64,000 nucleotides of DNA from an uncultured Rickettsiales bacterium (GCA_964575095.1 CAZNPA010000008.1:11559-75558); one strand, 5' to 3'. Shown: positions 36,693 to 46,088, numbered from the stretch's first letter. A program made the numbers and translations. Notes: a model not told the origin generated them from the letters alone.

Positions 36693-39600
36693 CTAATTTT
36701 CCCCCGAAAGCAGCGCCAGATTCCCGCCGATGGCGGTGGTGTTGATGGTGAGGGTGCGTTCGTTCAAAAATTTCAGCAAATAATGCGGGCCGCCGGCTTT
36801 GGGGCCGGTGCCGGACAAACCCTCGCCGCCGAAGGGCTGCACGCCGACCACCGCGCCGGTCATGCCGCGGTTGACGTACATGTTCCCGGCCTTGATACGC
36901 GAAGCAAAGAAATCAATGTGATCCTCGATGCGGCTTTGCAGCCCGAACGTCAGGCCGAAGCCGGTCGAATTGATGTCCTCCGCTACCTGCTCGAGCTCGG
37001 AGGCCTTGAAACGGATGATGTGCAGCACCGGCCCGAAGACTTCGCCCTCCAACTGGCGGATATTTTTTATCTCGAAGGCGTGCGGCGCCACGAACGACCC
37101 GGCGGCGGCGATGGCGGGCGCGACGGGCGAGGCAGCAACCAGGCTTGCTTCCTGCTGCATACGCTCGATGTGCCGGTAAAGCTCGCGCCGCGCTTCGCCG
37201 TCGATCACCGGGCCGACGTCGGTGGCAAAATCCATCGGGTGGCCGAGCCTCAGTTCCTGCATAGCGCCCGCCAATAAATCCATCAGCGGCTCGGCAATGT
37301 CTTCTTGAACATACAGCACGCGCAGTGCCGAACAGCGCTGCCCGGCGCTTCCGAAGGCCGAGAGCACGATGTCGTCCACCGCCTGCTCAAGCAGCGCCGA
37401 GCTGTCGACCACCATGCAGTTCTGGCCGCCGGTCTCGGCGATGAAGGCCGGGATAGCGCCTTTTCGCGCCGCCAATGCCCGGTTGATCGACTGCGCCGTT
37501 TCCATCGAACCGGTAAAGACGATGCCGCTGATGCGCCCGTCTTCGGTCAGCGCCTTGCCGATGACGCTGCCGCTGCCGGGAATGAGTTGCACCGCCTCGC
37601 GCGGGATGCCGGCCTCGTGCATCAGGCGCACGGCATAGGCCGCCACCAGCGGCGTTTGCGCGGCAGGCTTGGCGAGCACGCAGTTGCCGGTGGCGAGCGC
37701 CGCCGCCACCTGACCGGTGAAGATCGCCAGCGGGAAATTCCATGGGGAGATGCAGCCGAACACGCCGCGCGGGACGAGGCGGAGCGTATTGCTCTCGCCG
37801 GTCGGCCCGGCCAGCGTTTCCGGTTCATGCATCAATTTTTTTGCTTCCGCCGCGTAGTAGCGGCAGAAATCGGCGGCTTCGCGGACTTCGGAAATACCGT
37901 CGGCGATGGTTTTTCCCGCCTCGCGCGAAAGCAGGGCGATCAGCTCGGCAGCGTTTTCCTCCATGCGGTCGGCGACGCTTTCCAGCATCTCGGCGCGCAC
38001 CGCCACCGGCGTTTTTGCCCAGCCTGCGAACGCCTTATGCGCCGCCTCGATGGCGCGCGGCAGTTCCTCGGCGGCGATATTGGTCGCTTCACCGACGATA
38101 TTTTCCAGCCGCGCCGGTTCGACTATTTCGCGCGCGATGCCCGCTGCTTTACCGGAAGCACAGGACGGCGCAGCTTGCCACTTTTTCTGCCCGAAGGCAG
38201 CAAGCTGCGCCTGCAGCCGGTCGCACATGTCCAGATTGCCGAGGTCGTAGCCGCCGGAATTCTTGCGCGCTTTTCCATAAATGCCGCGCGGCAACGGGAT
38301 GGCGCTGTTGGGAGTTGCGCCGCCTTGCCTGGTTTTTGCCACCGGATCGGCGAGCAGCACGTCGAGCGGCGTTTCCTCATCCATCAGCAAATTGACGAAC
38401 GAGGTGTTGGCGCCGTTTTCGAGCAGGCGGCGGATGAGGTAAGCCAGCAAATCTTTATGCGGACCGACCGGCGCGTAAATGCGGCAGGGATGACCTACGA
38501 CCGCCGCGTCGTATAGCCCTTCGCCCATGCCGTGCAGCCGCTGGAATTCAAATTCTTCCTTGTTCACGCGGTGATGTTTTGCCATCTGCCCGATAGTGGC
38601 GAAGCTGCGCGCGTTATGCGTGGCGAACTGGGCGTAAAAACAATCGTGGGCGGCCAGTATTTTATCGGCGCAGGCAAGGTACGACACGTCGGTGTGCTCC
38701 TTGCGCGTGAATACCGGGTAGGCGGGATGCCCCCCCACCTGCGCCCATTTGATCTCGGAATCCCAGTACGCGCCCTTGACCAGCCGGACGGGGATGACTC
38801 GGTGGTAGCGGCGCGACAGCACGATTAAATAATCGATGACGTAAAAAGCGCGCTTCTGGTACGCCTGCACGACAAAGCCGATACCGTTCCAGCCGGTAAA
38901 CGCCGCATCGGCGAAAATTTCGGAGAAGAGCAGCATCTCGATATCGAGCCGTGTGGCTTCCTCGGCGTCGATGGAGACGGTGATGCCATATTGCTTGGCC
39001 AGCAATAATATTTCCTTGAGGCGCGGCAGCAATTCTTTCAGCACGCGGTCTTTCTGCGAGAACTGGTAGCGCGGATGCAGCGCCGAGAGCTTCACCGAAA
39101 TGCCGGGCGCTTCGAACAGAGGCTTGCCTTTGGCGGCCTTTCCGATTTCGGCGATGGCGTGGCGGTAAGCGGCGACGTAGGCCTGGGCCTGGACGTCGCT
39201 TCTGGCGCCTTCGCCCAAAATATCGTAAGAAAAGCGGTAGCCCTTTTCGCCGTAAGATTTGGAGCGGGTGAGCGCCTCATCAATGGTTTCGCCCAAGACG
39301 AACTGCGTGCCGATGAAGCGCATGGCGGATTTTAGCGCTTCGCGGATCACCGGATCGCCGAATTTGGATACGAGCTTGCCTAAGATATGGGCCGGTTTTG
39401 CCTCCGTGCCCGCGCCGAGCTCAACGACTTTGCCGGTGAGTAACAACCCCCAGCTCGAGGCGTTGACGAACAGCGATTCGCTGCCGCCTAAATGTTTTTC
39501 CCACTCGGTGCTTTCGAACTTGTCGCGGATCAGGCGGTTGGCGGTTTCGGAATCGGGGATGCGAAGCAGTGCTTCGGCCAGGCACATGATGGCGACACCC

Positions 39601-39884
39601 TCGCGCGTATCGAGCCCGTATTCGTGCAAGAATGCCTCGACGCCGATGGCGGATTTATGGGCGCGGATTTTGCCGACCAGCGCCTCGGCCTCGCGGCGTA
39701 TGTCCTTCTCCATGCCGGAAAGATGCGCGAGTTGTACGAGCAGCCGCTCCACGCTCTCCTTTTCGGGAAGCCAGGCCTTGCCGCTGATGTCCTGCTGCAA
39801 TGCCAGGGGCGACGCAGCCTCTGCCGTATGTATTGCCGGTTTTGCCATAGGGGGCGTTTTACTCGGGAAAGCGCCGGTTTGCAA
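36693..39884 (-). CDS. putA: Bifunctional proline dehydrogenase / L-glutamate-gamma-semialdehyde dehydrogenase
   Basis: 1063 aa with a PRODH TIM-barrel region (FEFQRLHGMGE) and an aldehyde dehydrogenase domain (FTGS..T, ETGGQN, CSALR). Confidence 0.95.
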   Translation of the reverse strand: MQTGAFPSKTPPMAKPAIHTAEAASPLALQQDISGKAWLPEKESVERLLVQLAHLSGMEKDIRREAEALVGKIRAHKSAIGVEAFLHEYGLDTREGVAIMCLAEALLRIPDSETANRLIRDKFESTEWEKHLGGSESLFVNASSWGLLLTGKVVELGAGTEAKPAHILGKLVSKFGDPVIREALKSAMRFIGTQFVLGETIDEALTRSKSYGEKGYRFSYDILGEGARSDVQAQAYVAAYRHAIAEIGKAAKGKPLFEAPGISVKLSALHPRYQFSQKDRVLKELLPRLKEILLLAKQYGITVSIDAEEATRLDIEMLLFSEIFADAAFTGWNGIGFVVQAYQKRAFYVIDYLIVLSRRYHRVIPVRLVKGAYWDSEIKWAQVGGHPAYPVFTRKEHTDVSYLACADKILAAHDCFYAQFATHNARSFATIGQMAKHHRVNKEEFEFQRLHGMGEGLYDAAVVGHPCRIYAPVGPHKDLLAYLIRRLLENGANTSFVNLLMDEETPLDVLLADPVAKTRQGGATPNSAIPLPRGIYGKARKNSGGYDLGNLDMCDRLQAQLAAFGQKKWQAAPSCASGKAAGIAREIVEPARLENIVGEATNIAAEELPRAIEAAHKAFAGWAKTPVAVRAEMLESVADRMEENAAELIALLSREAGKTIADGISEVREAADFCRYYAAEAKKLMHEPETLAGPTGESNTLRLVPRGVFGCISPWNFPLAIFTGQVAAALATGNCVLAKPAAQTPLVAAYAVRLMHEAGIPREAVQLIPGSGSVIGKALTEDGRISGIVFTGSMETAQSINRALAARKGAIPAFIAETGGQNCMVVDSSALLEQAVDDIVLSAFGSAGQRCSALRVLYVQEDIAEPLMDLLAGAMQELRLGHPMDFATDVGPVIDGEARRELYRHIERMQQEASLVAASPVAPAIAAAGSFVAPHAFEIKNIRQLEGEVFGPVLHIIRFKASELEQVAEDINSTGFGLTFGLQSRIEDHIDFFASRIKAGNMYVNRGMTGAVVGVQPFGGEGLSGTGPKAGGPHYLLKFLNERTLTINTTAIGGNLALLSGEN

Positions 39885-39887
39885 GCA

Positions 39888-40982
39888 TCAGAGGGAGGGA
39901 TTAAGCCCTTGTTCCGGCGCGATTTGCATGCGGCTTTGCCAGTTCTCAGCCAGCGCCGGGGATTGTTTTTGGCTCACTAAAACCAGTTTTTTATGCAGCA
40001 AAGAAGCGATCTCCGGCGCGGTTTTCTTGATCTCCGGCTGGCTGGATAAATAGCCAGCGATATTCTGTACTAGGGCTTCCTGCAATTCAGGATGCTGTGC
40101 GGCGATAACCTTAGCGGAAACATCTGCTAATGCAGAAACTGCGTTATCGGTGGATTTTTCTCTGGCGCCAGCGCCAACATTGTCTTTAGAGGACAATGTG
40201 AGCATACTATTTGCAAAAAGATAGCAGGCAACGGTAAGGAATTTGAACAGATAGCTTTTGTTTTTGGTGTCCTTTCTTGCCCCGAAGTAATCTTTTCTTT
40301 CTCCATAGGCGCTGAGTGTTAGGGCCACGTTGTTGGCCATATATAATGCGCCAGTTAACCGTAATGGTTTCTCGCGTATCCAATCCATTGCTTGCGCGAT
40401 AGCGCCATGCGGTGGGTGATCGGAATCCGATTTTCCTTCAGTAATCAGCAATCCTGCAAGTCCACCGGCAGTCACACATACGCCGGCAACGGCATCCCAA
40501 GGTTTGTTCTTTTTCCTTCCAGATTGAAATAATTGGGTGCCGCCATAAGCAAACATAAGATTTAAAATTTGTGTTGGATATTTATATAAAAAAGTCGTGA
40601 TATGCTCGAGCAATCCCCCCGGTTTTACCATATCCACTGTGGTAGGAGACTTTGGAATCTCAACGCCCTGCTTTTTGAGATAATCACCCAACCGTCGAAT
40701 TAGAAGCTTTAATTGTTTGTCGGCGCTGGGGTTGCCAAATAAAGCGCAAAGTACTCCACCTAAAGCATAAAGCGCACCAGCATTTGCTTCTTTATTTCGT
40801 CCGGCCATTCTCCCTGAAACAAATAGCGAAGCATCGCCTGCTAGATAAGCAAGACCTGAGGCCTTAAGACTAATGTCCCTAAGGTGACTATGGGTTTTTT
40901 CTTCGGATTCTTTATCCAAATTTTTTGCCATAAGCATTACGCACTCTTGTTCATCTTCTACTATACCATTCAAATGTGACAT
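39888..40982 (-). CDS. Hypothetical low-GC membrane protein with internally repeated TM-hairpin units
   Basis: 364-aa ORF ending 3 bp before the putA start. Hand counts of lines 40501-40620 give about 33-38% G+C, against about 65% in putA. Repeated units LFVSGRMAGRNKEANAGALYALGGVLCALFG and LFQSGRKKNKPWDAVAGVCVTAGGLAGLLI. No recognised family. Confidence 0.65.
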   Translation of the reverse strand: MSHLNGIVEDEQECVMLMAKNLDKESEEKTHSHLRDISLKASGLAYLAGDASLFVSGRMAGRNKEANAGALYALGGVLCALFGNPSADKQLKLLIRRLGDYLKKQGVEIPKSPTTVDMVKPGGLLEHITTFLYKYPTQILNLMFAYGGTQLFQSGRKKNKPWDAVAGVCVTAGGLAGLLITEGKSDSDHPPHGAIAQAMDWIREKPLRLTGALYMANNVALTLSAYGERKDYFGARKDTKNKSYLFKFLTVACYLFANSMLTLSSKDNVGAGAREKSTDNAVSALADVSAKVIAAQHPELQEALVQNIAGYLSSQPEIKKTAPEIASLLHKKLVLVSQKQSPALAENWQSRMQIAPEQGLNPSL

Positions 40983-41044
40983 TTTTATGGCGATGGCTGA
41001 AATATAAGTGTATATAAAACAAAACCTTATAAAAGGAGCCGGTT

Positions 41045-42442
41045 ATGGAGCCCTCTAACATCTCTGGATTTGAGCATTATTTCGGGGTGGTGACCGATGC
41101 CATGGCGTCGGTGCTGTTTTTCAACATCGGCGGGTTTCCGTTCATTGTGTTGTGGCTTACGGTGGCGGCGGTGTTTTTCACCGTCTATCTGCGCGGCGTC
41201 AATTTCCGGCTGCTCCGGCACGCGCTCCAGGTCGCCATGGGCAAGTTCGATAAAAAGGGCGAGGCGGGAGAGATCAGCTGCTTCCAGGCGCTGATGTCGG
41301 CGCTGGCTGCCACCGTCGGCCTTGGCTCCATCGCCGGCATCTCGGTCGGTGTCGCCATCGGCGGGCCGGGCGCGGTGTTCTGGATCGTTGCCGCCGGCTT
41401 GCTCGGCATGGCCACCAAATTCGCCGAGGTCACGCTCTCCATGTGCTACCGTAAAATTGATGCCGACGGTAAAGTGTTCGGCGGGCCGTTCCAATATATC
41501 GAGCGCGGGCTGCAGGACATCGGCAAGCCCGGCCTGGGCCGCGCGCTGGCGCTGCTCTTTGCCGTATTCTGCTTAGGGGGCGCGCTGGGCGGCGGCAACA
41601 TGTTCCAGTCCAACCAGGCGGTCAAGATCATGACGCAAACCTTCGCGCCGCTTGCCGATTTAGGCTGGCTTCTGGCGCTTATATTCGCCGGCTTCGTGCT
41701 GGTCGTGCTTTTGGGCAGCATCAAGCGCATCGCCAAGGTCGCCGACGTCATCGTGCCGATGAAGGGTTTTCTCTATCTCGCCTGCGCCGTCGTCATCGTC
41801 GCCGCCAATATCGATAAGCTGCCGGCGGCGCTGTCGCTCATCGTCAGCAACGCCTTTACCGGCGCTGCCGCCACCGGCGGATTTATCGGCATGATCAGCG
41901 TCGCTTTCAAGCGCGCCAGCTTCGCCAACGAAGCGGGCCTGGGCTCGGCGCCCATCGCGCACGCCACCGGCCGCACGCAGGAACCGGTGCGCGAAGGCGC
42001 GATTGCGTTGCTTGAGCCGTTATTCGCCGCCATCATCGCGCTCCTAACCGGCCTCATCGTCGTCGTCACCGGCGCCTATGACGGCGCCACCGCCGAGCAG
42101 GGAGTGATGATCGCCAGCCACGCCTTCGGCACGGTCGCGCCGTGGTTCCCGATGCTTTTGGCGCTCAACGTATTGGTCTTCGCCTATTCGACCACCATCG
42201 GCTGGAGCTATTACGGCGAGATCGCCTGGTCGTACCTGTTCGGGCGCAAGGCGATAAAACTGTATTATCTGGTGTTCTGCACGGCGACGTTTTTAGGCGG
42301 TATCGTGCATTTTGGCGTCGTGCTCGATTTCTCCGACCTGCTGATTCTAGGAATGTCGTTTCCGAACTTAATCGTGGTTTACCTGCTGCGCGGCCGCATC
42401 AGGAGCGAGATGGACGCTTATATTAAAAAGCACGCGCTTTAG
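41045..42442 (+). CDS. Alanine/glycine:cation symporter (AGCS family)
   Basis: 465 aa and polytopic, with AGCS blocks (SCFQALMSALAATVGLGSIAGISVGVAIGGPGAVFW, NEAGLGSAPIAHA). An AAGGAG Shine-Dalgarno sequence lies upstream. Confidence 0.92.
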   Translation: MEPSNISGFEHYFGVVTDAMASVLFFNIGGFPFIVLWLTVAAVFFTVYLRGVNFRLLRHALQVAMGKFDKKGEAGEISCFQALMSALAATVGLGSIAGISVGVAIGGPGAVFWIVAAGLLGMATKFAEVTLSMCYRKIDADGKVFGGPFQYIERGLQDIGKPGLGRALALLFAVFCLGGALGGGNMFQSNQAVKIMTQTFAPLADLGWLLALIFAGFVLVVLLGSIKRIAKVADVIVPMKGFLYLACAVVIVAANIDKLPAALSLIVSNAFTGAAATGGFIGMISVAFKRASFANEAGLGSAPIAHATGRTQEPVREGAIALLEPLFAAIIALLTGLIVVVTGAYDGATAEQGVMIASHAFGTVAPWFPMLLALNVLVFAYSTTIGWSYYGEIAWSYLFGRKAIKLYYLVFCTATFLGGIVHFGVVLDFSDLLILGMSFPNLIVVYLLRGRIRSEMDAYIKKHAL

Positions 42443-42879
42443 AACGGCTTGAAAACGACCAGCAATACGATGCCGACCAGGAGCACGGCCGGCACTTCGT
42501 TGAAGAGGCGGAAAAACCTCTCGGATTTTTTATTTTCGCCGCGTGCGAAGGCCTTGCGGTAGCGCGACATCATGGCGTGGGCGACCTGCATCGCCATCAC
42601 CAACCCCAGCTTGGCATGCAGCCAGCCGCCGTTGGCGGGGTCGAAGGCGTTGACAGTAAAGGCCAGCCACAGCCCCAATATCCAGGTCGCGATCATCGCC
42701 GGATTGATGATGAGGCGAAGGAGCTTCTTCTCCATTTCCTGAAACATCTTATCGGTCTCGCTGCCGACAGCCACGCGCGTGTGATACACAAACAGCCGCG
42801 GCAGGTAGAGCATCCCCGCCATCCAGGAAATCACGGCGATGAGATGCAGGGCTTTCAGCCAGTGGTAGGTCAGATCCAT
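42439..42879 (-). CDS. hemJ: Protoporphyrinogen IX oxidase HemJ
   Basis: WLKALHLIAVISWMAGMLYLPRLFVYH is the HemJ (UPF0093/CopD-like) signature; about 146 aa with 4 TM segments. I set the start at the internal Met, which overlaps the hemH stop. Confidence 0.85.
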   Translation of the reverse strand: MDLTYHWLKALHLIAVISWMAGMLYLPRLFVYHTRVAVGSETDKMFQEMEKKLLRLIINPAMIATWILGLWLAFTVNAFDPANGGWLHAKLGLVMAMQVAHAMMSRYRKAFARGENKKSERFFRLFNEVPAVLLVGIVLLVVFKPF

Positions 42880-43913
42880 TGTTCTTCCTCGCGCAGGCAG
42901 GCGCATTTTTCAAAATTGCGCGGGCAGAGTATGCCACCGGTCGAGGAATGGGTGCCCTCTTCCTTGCCGACGGTCGTGCATAGGTTGGCCAGCGCCTCAA
43001 TGAAAAGCGGGTCGGCGGAAAGCGTCGGCACACGCCAGTAACCACTTACACCCTGTGCGTCGGCCAATTGGCGGTACTCGATATCAAGCTCGACCAGCGT
43101 CTCCGAATGTTCGGAAACAAAACTGACCGGAACAACCACTACCGGAACTTTGTCCTGACCGGCGCGCAAGATTTCCTCTTCGGCCGAAGGCGCGAGCCAC
43201 TCAAGCGGGCCGACGCGGCTCTGGTAACAGACGGTGTAATCCAGCGCATCAATCGCCAGCACTTTGACGATGGCGGCCACCGTTTCTTTTATCTGCCACG
43301 GATAGGGATCGCCGTCGTTGGCGATGCGCTCGGGCAGACCGTGCGCGGTGAAGAGCACGCGCGGCTTTCCGGCTTCGGACGCTTTCCAATACACGTCTTT
43401 TATCAATCGGGCGTGCGCGGCGATGAAATGATTATCGGTGGGATAGCAGCAAATTTTTGTGACGGGCGCCGTAAGCCCGGCGCCTTTGGCCGAAACATCC
43501 CAGGCATCGAAAGAAGAGGCGGTGGTGGTGGTGGAAAATTGCGGATAGAGCGGCAGCAGAATCACACGGTCAGGCGCGTAGGCATTGACGTTTTTGGCGA
43601 CGATATCGCTCATCGGGTTCCAGTAGCGCATGGACACGAACACTTTGTGCTCGCCTTTTTCCTTTAGCATTTCTTCCAGTGCTTTTGCCTGTGCCTGTGT
43701 TCCCTCCAGTATCGGCGATCGGCCGCCGATCTGCTGATAAATGGCGCGCGCCTTGGGCGCGCGAGCGCGGGCGATGACCCATGCCAGCGGCTTTCTTAAG
43801 AACGCCGGCAGGCGGATAATCGCCGGGTCGCTAAAAAGATTATTGAGGAACGGCCGAACGGCTTCCAGATTATCCGGCCCCCCGAGATTAAATAAAACGA
43901 CAGCTGTTTTCAT
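42870..43913 (-). CDS. hemH: Ferrochelatase with a C-terminal Cys-X6-Cys-X-Cys motif
   Basis: VVLFNLGGPD, LPLYPQFS, FTAHGLP and SFVSEHSETL motifs. ATGA-type overlap with hemE. Confidence 0.93.
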   Translation of the reverse strand: MKTAVVLFNLGGPDNLEAVRPFLNNLFSDPAIIRLPAFLRKPLAWVIARARAPKARAIYQQIGGRSPILEGTQAQAKALEEMLKEKGEHKVFVSMRYWNPMSDIVAKNVNAYAPDRVILLPLYPQFSTTTTASSFDAWDVSAKGAGLTAPVTKICCYPTDNHFIAAHARLIKDVYWKASEAGKPRVLFTAHGLPERIANDGDPYPWQIKETVAAIVKVLAIDALDYTVCYQSRVGPLEWLAPSAEEEILRAGQDKVPVVVVPVSFVSEHSETLVELDIEYRQLADAQGVSGYWRVPTLSADPLFIEALANLCTTVGKEEGTHSSTGGILCPRNFEKCACLREEEQWI

Positions 43914-44944
43914 GATGACCGCTTTAAGAATTCAGATAACGCCTGCATATGCTCTACCGGCGTCGGCGGCAAAATACCATGCCTTAGGTTAAAGACAAAA
44001 GGTTTGTCCAGTGTTGAGAGAATTTCTTTTGCCTCGGCGAGCATCCCGGCTTTGTCCTCCGCCAGCAGGGCGTTGCTCAATGCGCCCTGCACCACACATA
44101 GGGGCTGCAGGTGTTTTTTCACCCAGATGAGGGATACGCTGTTATCGAAACTCACGACATCGACGCCGGTTTCTTTGGCGTAAGCCGCGAATTTTTCTCC
44201 CGATTGGCGCGGAAAGCCTATAATCGGAACCTCGGGATGTTTTTCCTTGATCGCGGCAACGATACGGCGCGTGGGCGCGATGATATAATCCTGATATTGC
44301 CGGTCGCTGGCCATCCCTGCCCAGGAATCGAAGATCTGTATGATTTCAGCGCCGGCCTCTATCTGGTTGAGCAGATGCTCAATAACCGCATGTTCCAGCA
44401 CCTCTATCAGGCTTGAAAAAAACTTTTCATCGGCGGCGGCCAGCGCGGTTACGGCGGCAAAATCCTTACTGCTTTTACCTTCGATAACGTAACAGGCGAG
44501 CGTCCACGGCGCTCCGGCAAACCCGATTAATGCCGTTTCTTCCGGCAATGATTTTCTGGTAAGTCGTAACGCTTCATATACCGGCGTCAGTTTGGCTGTT
44601 ATCTTCGAGACGCCCAGCGTTGCCAATGCTTGTGTATTCCTTAGGGGTGTGAGCACCGGGCCGATGCTTTCCTCGAAGCGTACGTCCACCCCCAGCGCAT
44701 GTGGAACGACGAGAATGTCGGAGAAGATGATGGCGCCGTCCATGCCGAAGCGGCGGATGGGTTGCAGCGTGACTTCACAGGCAAGCTCCGGTGAATAGCA
44801 AAACCGGAGAAAATCTTTTTGTTTCTCACGAATCCGGCGATACTCGGGTAGGTACCTGCCGGCCTGACGCATGAACCAGAACGGTACCCGGTCAGTTTCT
44901 TTTCCCTGACAGGCAAGAATGAGACGCTTCTTACTACACTTCAT
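43910..44944 (-). CDS. hemE: Uroporphyrinogen decarboxylase
   Basis: PFWFMRQAGRYLPEYR signature; 344 aa. Confidence 0.95.
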   Translation of the reverse strand: MKCSKKRLILACQGKETDRVPFWFMRQAGRYLPEYRRIREKQKDFLRFCYSPELACEVTLQPIRRFGMDGAIIFSDILVVPHALGVDVRFEESIGPVLTPLRNTQALATLGVSKITAKLTPVYEALRLTRKSLPEETALIGFAGAPWTLACYVIEGKSSKDFAAVTALAAADEKFFSSLIEVLEHAVIEHLLNQIEAGAEIIQIFDSWAGMASDRQYQDYIIAPTRRIVAAIKEKHPEVPIIGFPRQSGEKFAAYAKETGVDVVSFDNSVSLIWVKKHLQPLCVVQGALSNALLAEDKAGMLAEAKEILSTLDKPFVFNLRHGILPPTPVEHMQALSEFLKRSS

Positions 44945-45263
44945 TCTTTATATATAAATAAGGTAGTAGTAGTTGAAAGCGGTATATTGAGGGTGGATTT
45001 TTATCCCGGGAGATAAGCACAGAAACACAGGAGAGAAATTTTTGTGAATAACAGATGTATTAAATATATAGTATGTTGAATAATATGATTAATTATAAAA
45101 TATGAATTATGGGTATTTTTATTATTTTATCACTCGCCCACAACGCAAGAAAAAAATATTCACCTGTGGACGGATATGTGGAACCGGTTCATAAATATTT
45201 GGACACAAAACCGCACAGCTTTTACAACGGCACTTATACAAATGTTATTCACATGAGCGCCGC
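44945..45263. other. Probable chromosomal replication origin (oriC)
   Basis: 319-bp non-coding gap with an AT-rich core (45055-45130). DnaA-box-like 9-mers TGTGAATAA (45043-51) and TTATTCACA (45245-53) each match TTATCCACA at 8 of 9 positions, and weaker boxes lie at 45156-45185. The flanking synteny hemE | gap | DUF299-aroE-coaE-dnaQ is that of alphaproteobacterial origins. Genes diverge from the gap. Confidence 0.7.
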
Positions 45264-46088
45264 ATGAAAAAATTCAGCCTGCATCTGGTGTCCGATTCGA
45301 CGGGAGAAACCGTAGGCGGGGTGGCGAGAGCGGCGCTGGCGCAATTCGATAACATCGAACCGGAAGAATTCACCTGGACGCTGGTAAGAAGTGACGCGCA
45401 AATCGAAAGGGTCATCGACGGCATTCGCCAGAATCCGGGCGTGGTTATGTATACGCTGGTCGATAACGCCCTGCGCGACAAACTTAAAATGGAATGTGCG
45501 CGGCGCGGCCTGCCGTGCATTGCCGTGATCGCCAACGTCGTCAACGAGCTTTCCTCCTATCTCGGTCAGGAGACGCACGCGTTGCCCGGGAAACAGCATG
45601 CGCTTGACGAAGAATATTTCCTGCGCGTCGACGCCGTCAATTACGCGTTGGCGCACGATGACGGCCAGGCGCACTGGGAGCTGGGCGACGCCGACATCGT
45701 GCTGGTCGGCGTGTCGCGCACGTCCAAATCCCCCACCTGCATGTATCTGGCTTATAAGGGCTACAAAACGGCCAACGTGCCGTTCGTGCTCGATTGCCCG
45801 TTGCCGACAACGCTGACGGAAATCAAAAAACCGCTGATCGTCGGGCTTATCATCGGCACCGACCGGCTGCAGCAGATACGGAAAACGCGGCTGCAATCGC
45901 TCAACACCGAAAAAGACACCAACTATGTCGATCCCGATCAGCTGCAGCGAGAGATCGCCGAATCGCGCAAGCTGTTCAACCAGCATAAATGGCCGGTGAT
46001 CGACGTTACCAAGCGCTCGGTCGAAGAAACGGCGGCGACGATCCTGCAGCATCTCAAAAAACACCAGGATAAGCAGGATGGCGCCTAA
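45264..46088 (+). CDS. Pyruvate, phosphate dikinase / PEP synthase regulatory protein (DUF299, PDRP/PpsR family)
   Basis: LHLVSDSTGET N-terminus and the P-loop-like VGVSRTSKSPT; 274 aa. Confidence 0.88.
   Translation: MKKFSLHLVSDSTGETVGGVARAALAQFDNIEPEEFTWTLVRSDAQIERVIDGIRQNPGVVMYTLVDNALRDKLKMECARRGLPCIAVIANVVNELSSYLGQETHALPGKQHALDEEYFLRVDAVNYALAHDDGQAHWELGDADIVLVGVSRTSKSPTCMYLAYKGYKTANVPFVLDCPLPTTLTEIKKPLIVGLIIGTDRLQQIRKTRLQSLNTEKDTNYVDPDQLQREIAESRKLFNQHKWPVIDVTKRSVEETAATILQHLKKHQDKQDGA

Noticed and set aside
37305-38516. 403-aa ORF on the plus strand, plus several shorter ones, opposite putA
   Set aside because: It is antisense to putA, which has strong family motifs. The Arg/Ala-rich composition marks it as a high-GC artefact.
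40983-41044. Glycine riboswitch upstream of the alanine/glycine:cation symporter
   Set aside because: The intergenic region is only 62 bp and AT-rich. That is too short for a glycine riboswitch aptamer, and it lacks the conserved GGAGAG/CACCG-type cores.
44945-45263. CtrA binding sites (TTAA-N7-TTAA) in the putative origin
   Set aside because: Several TTAA tetramers occur in the AT-rich core, but I found none with the exact N7 spacing. CtrA control is therefore not claimed.
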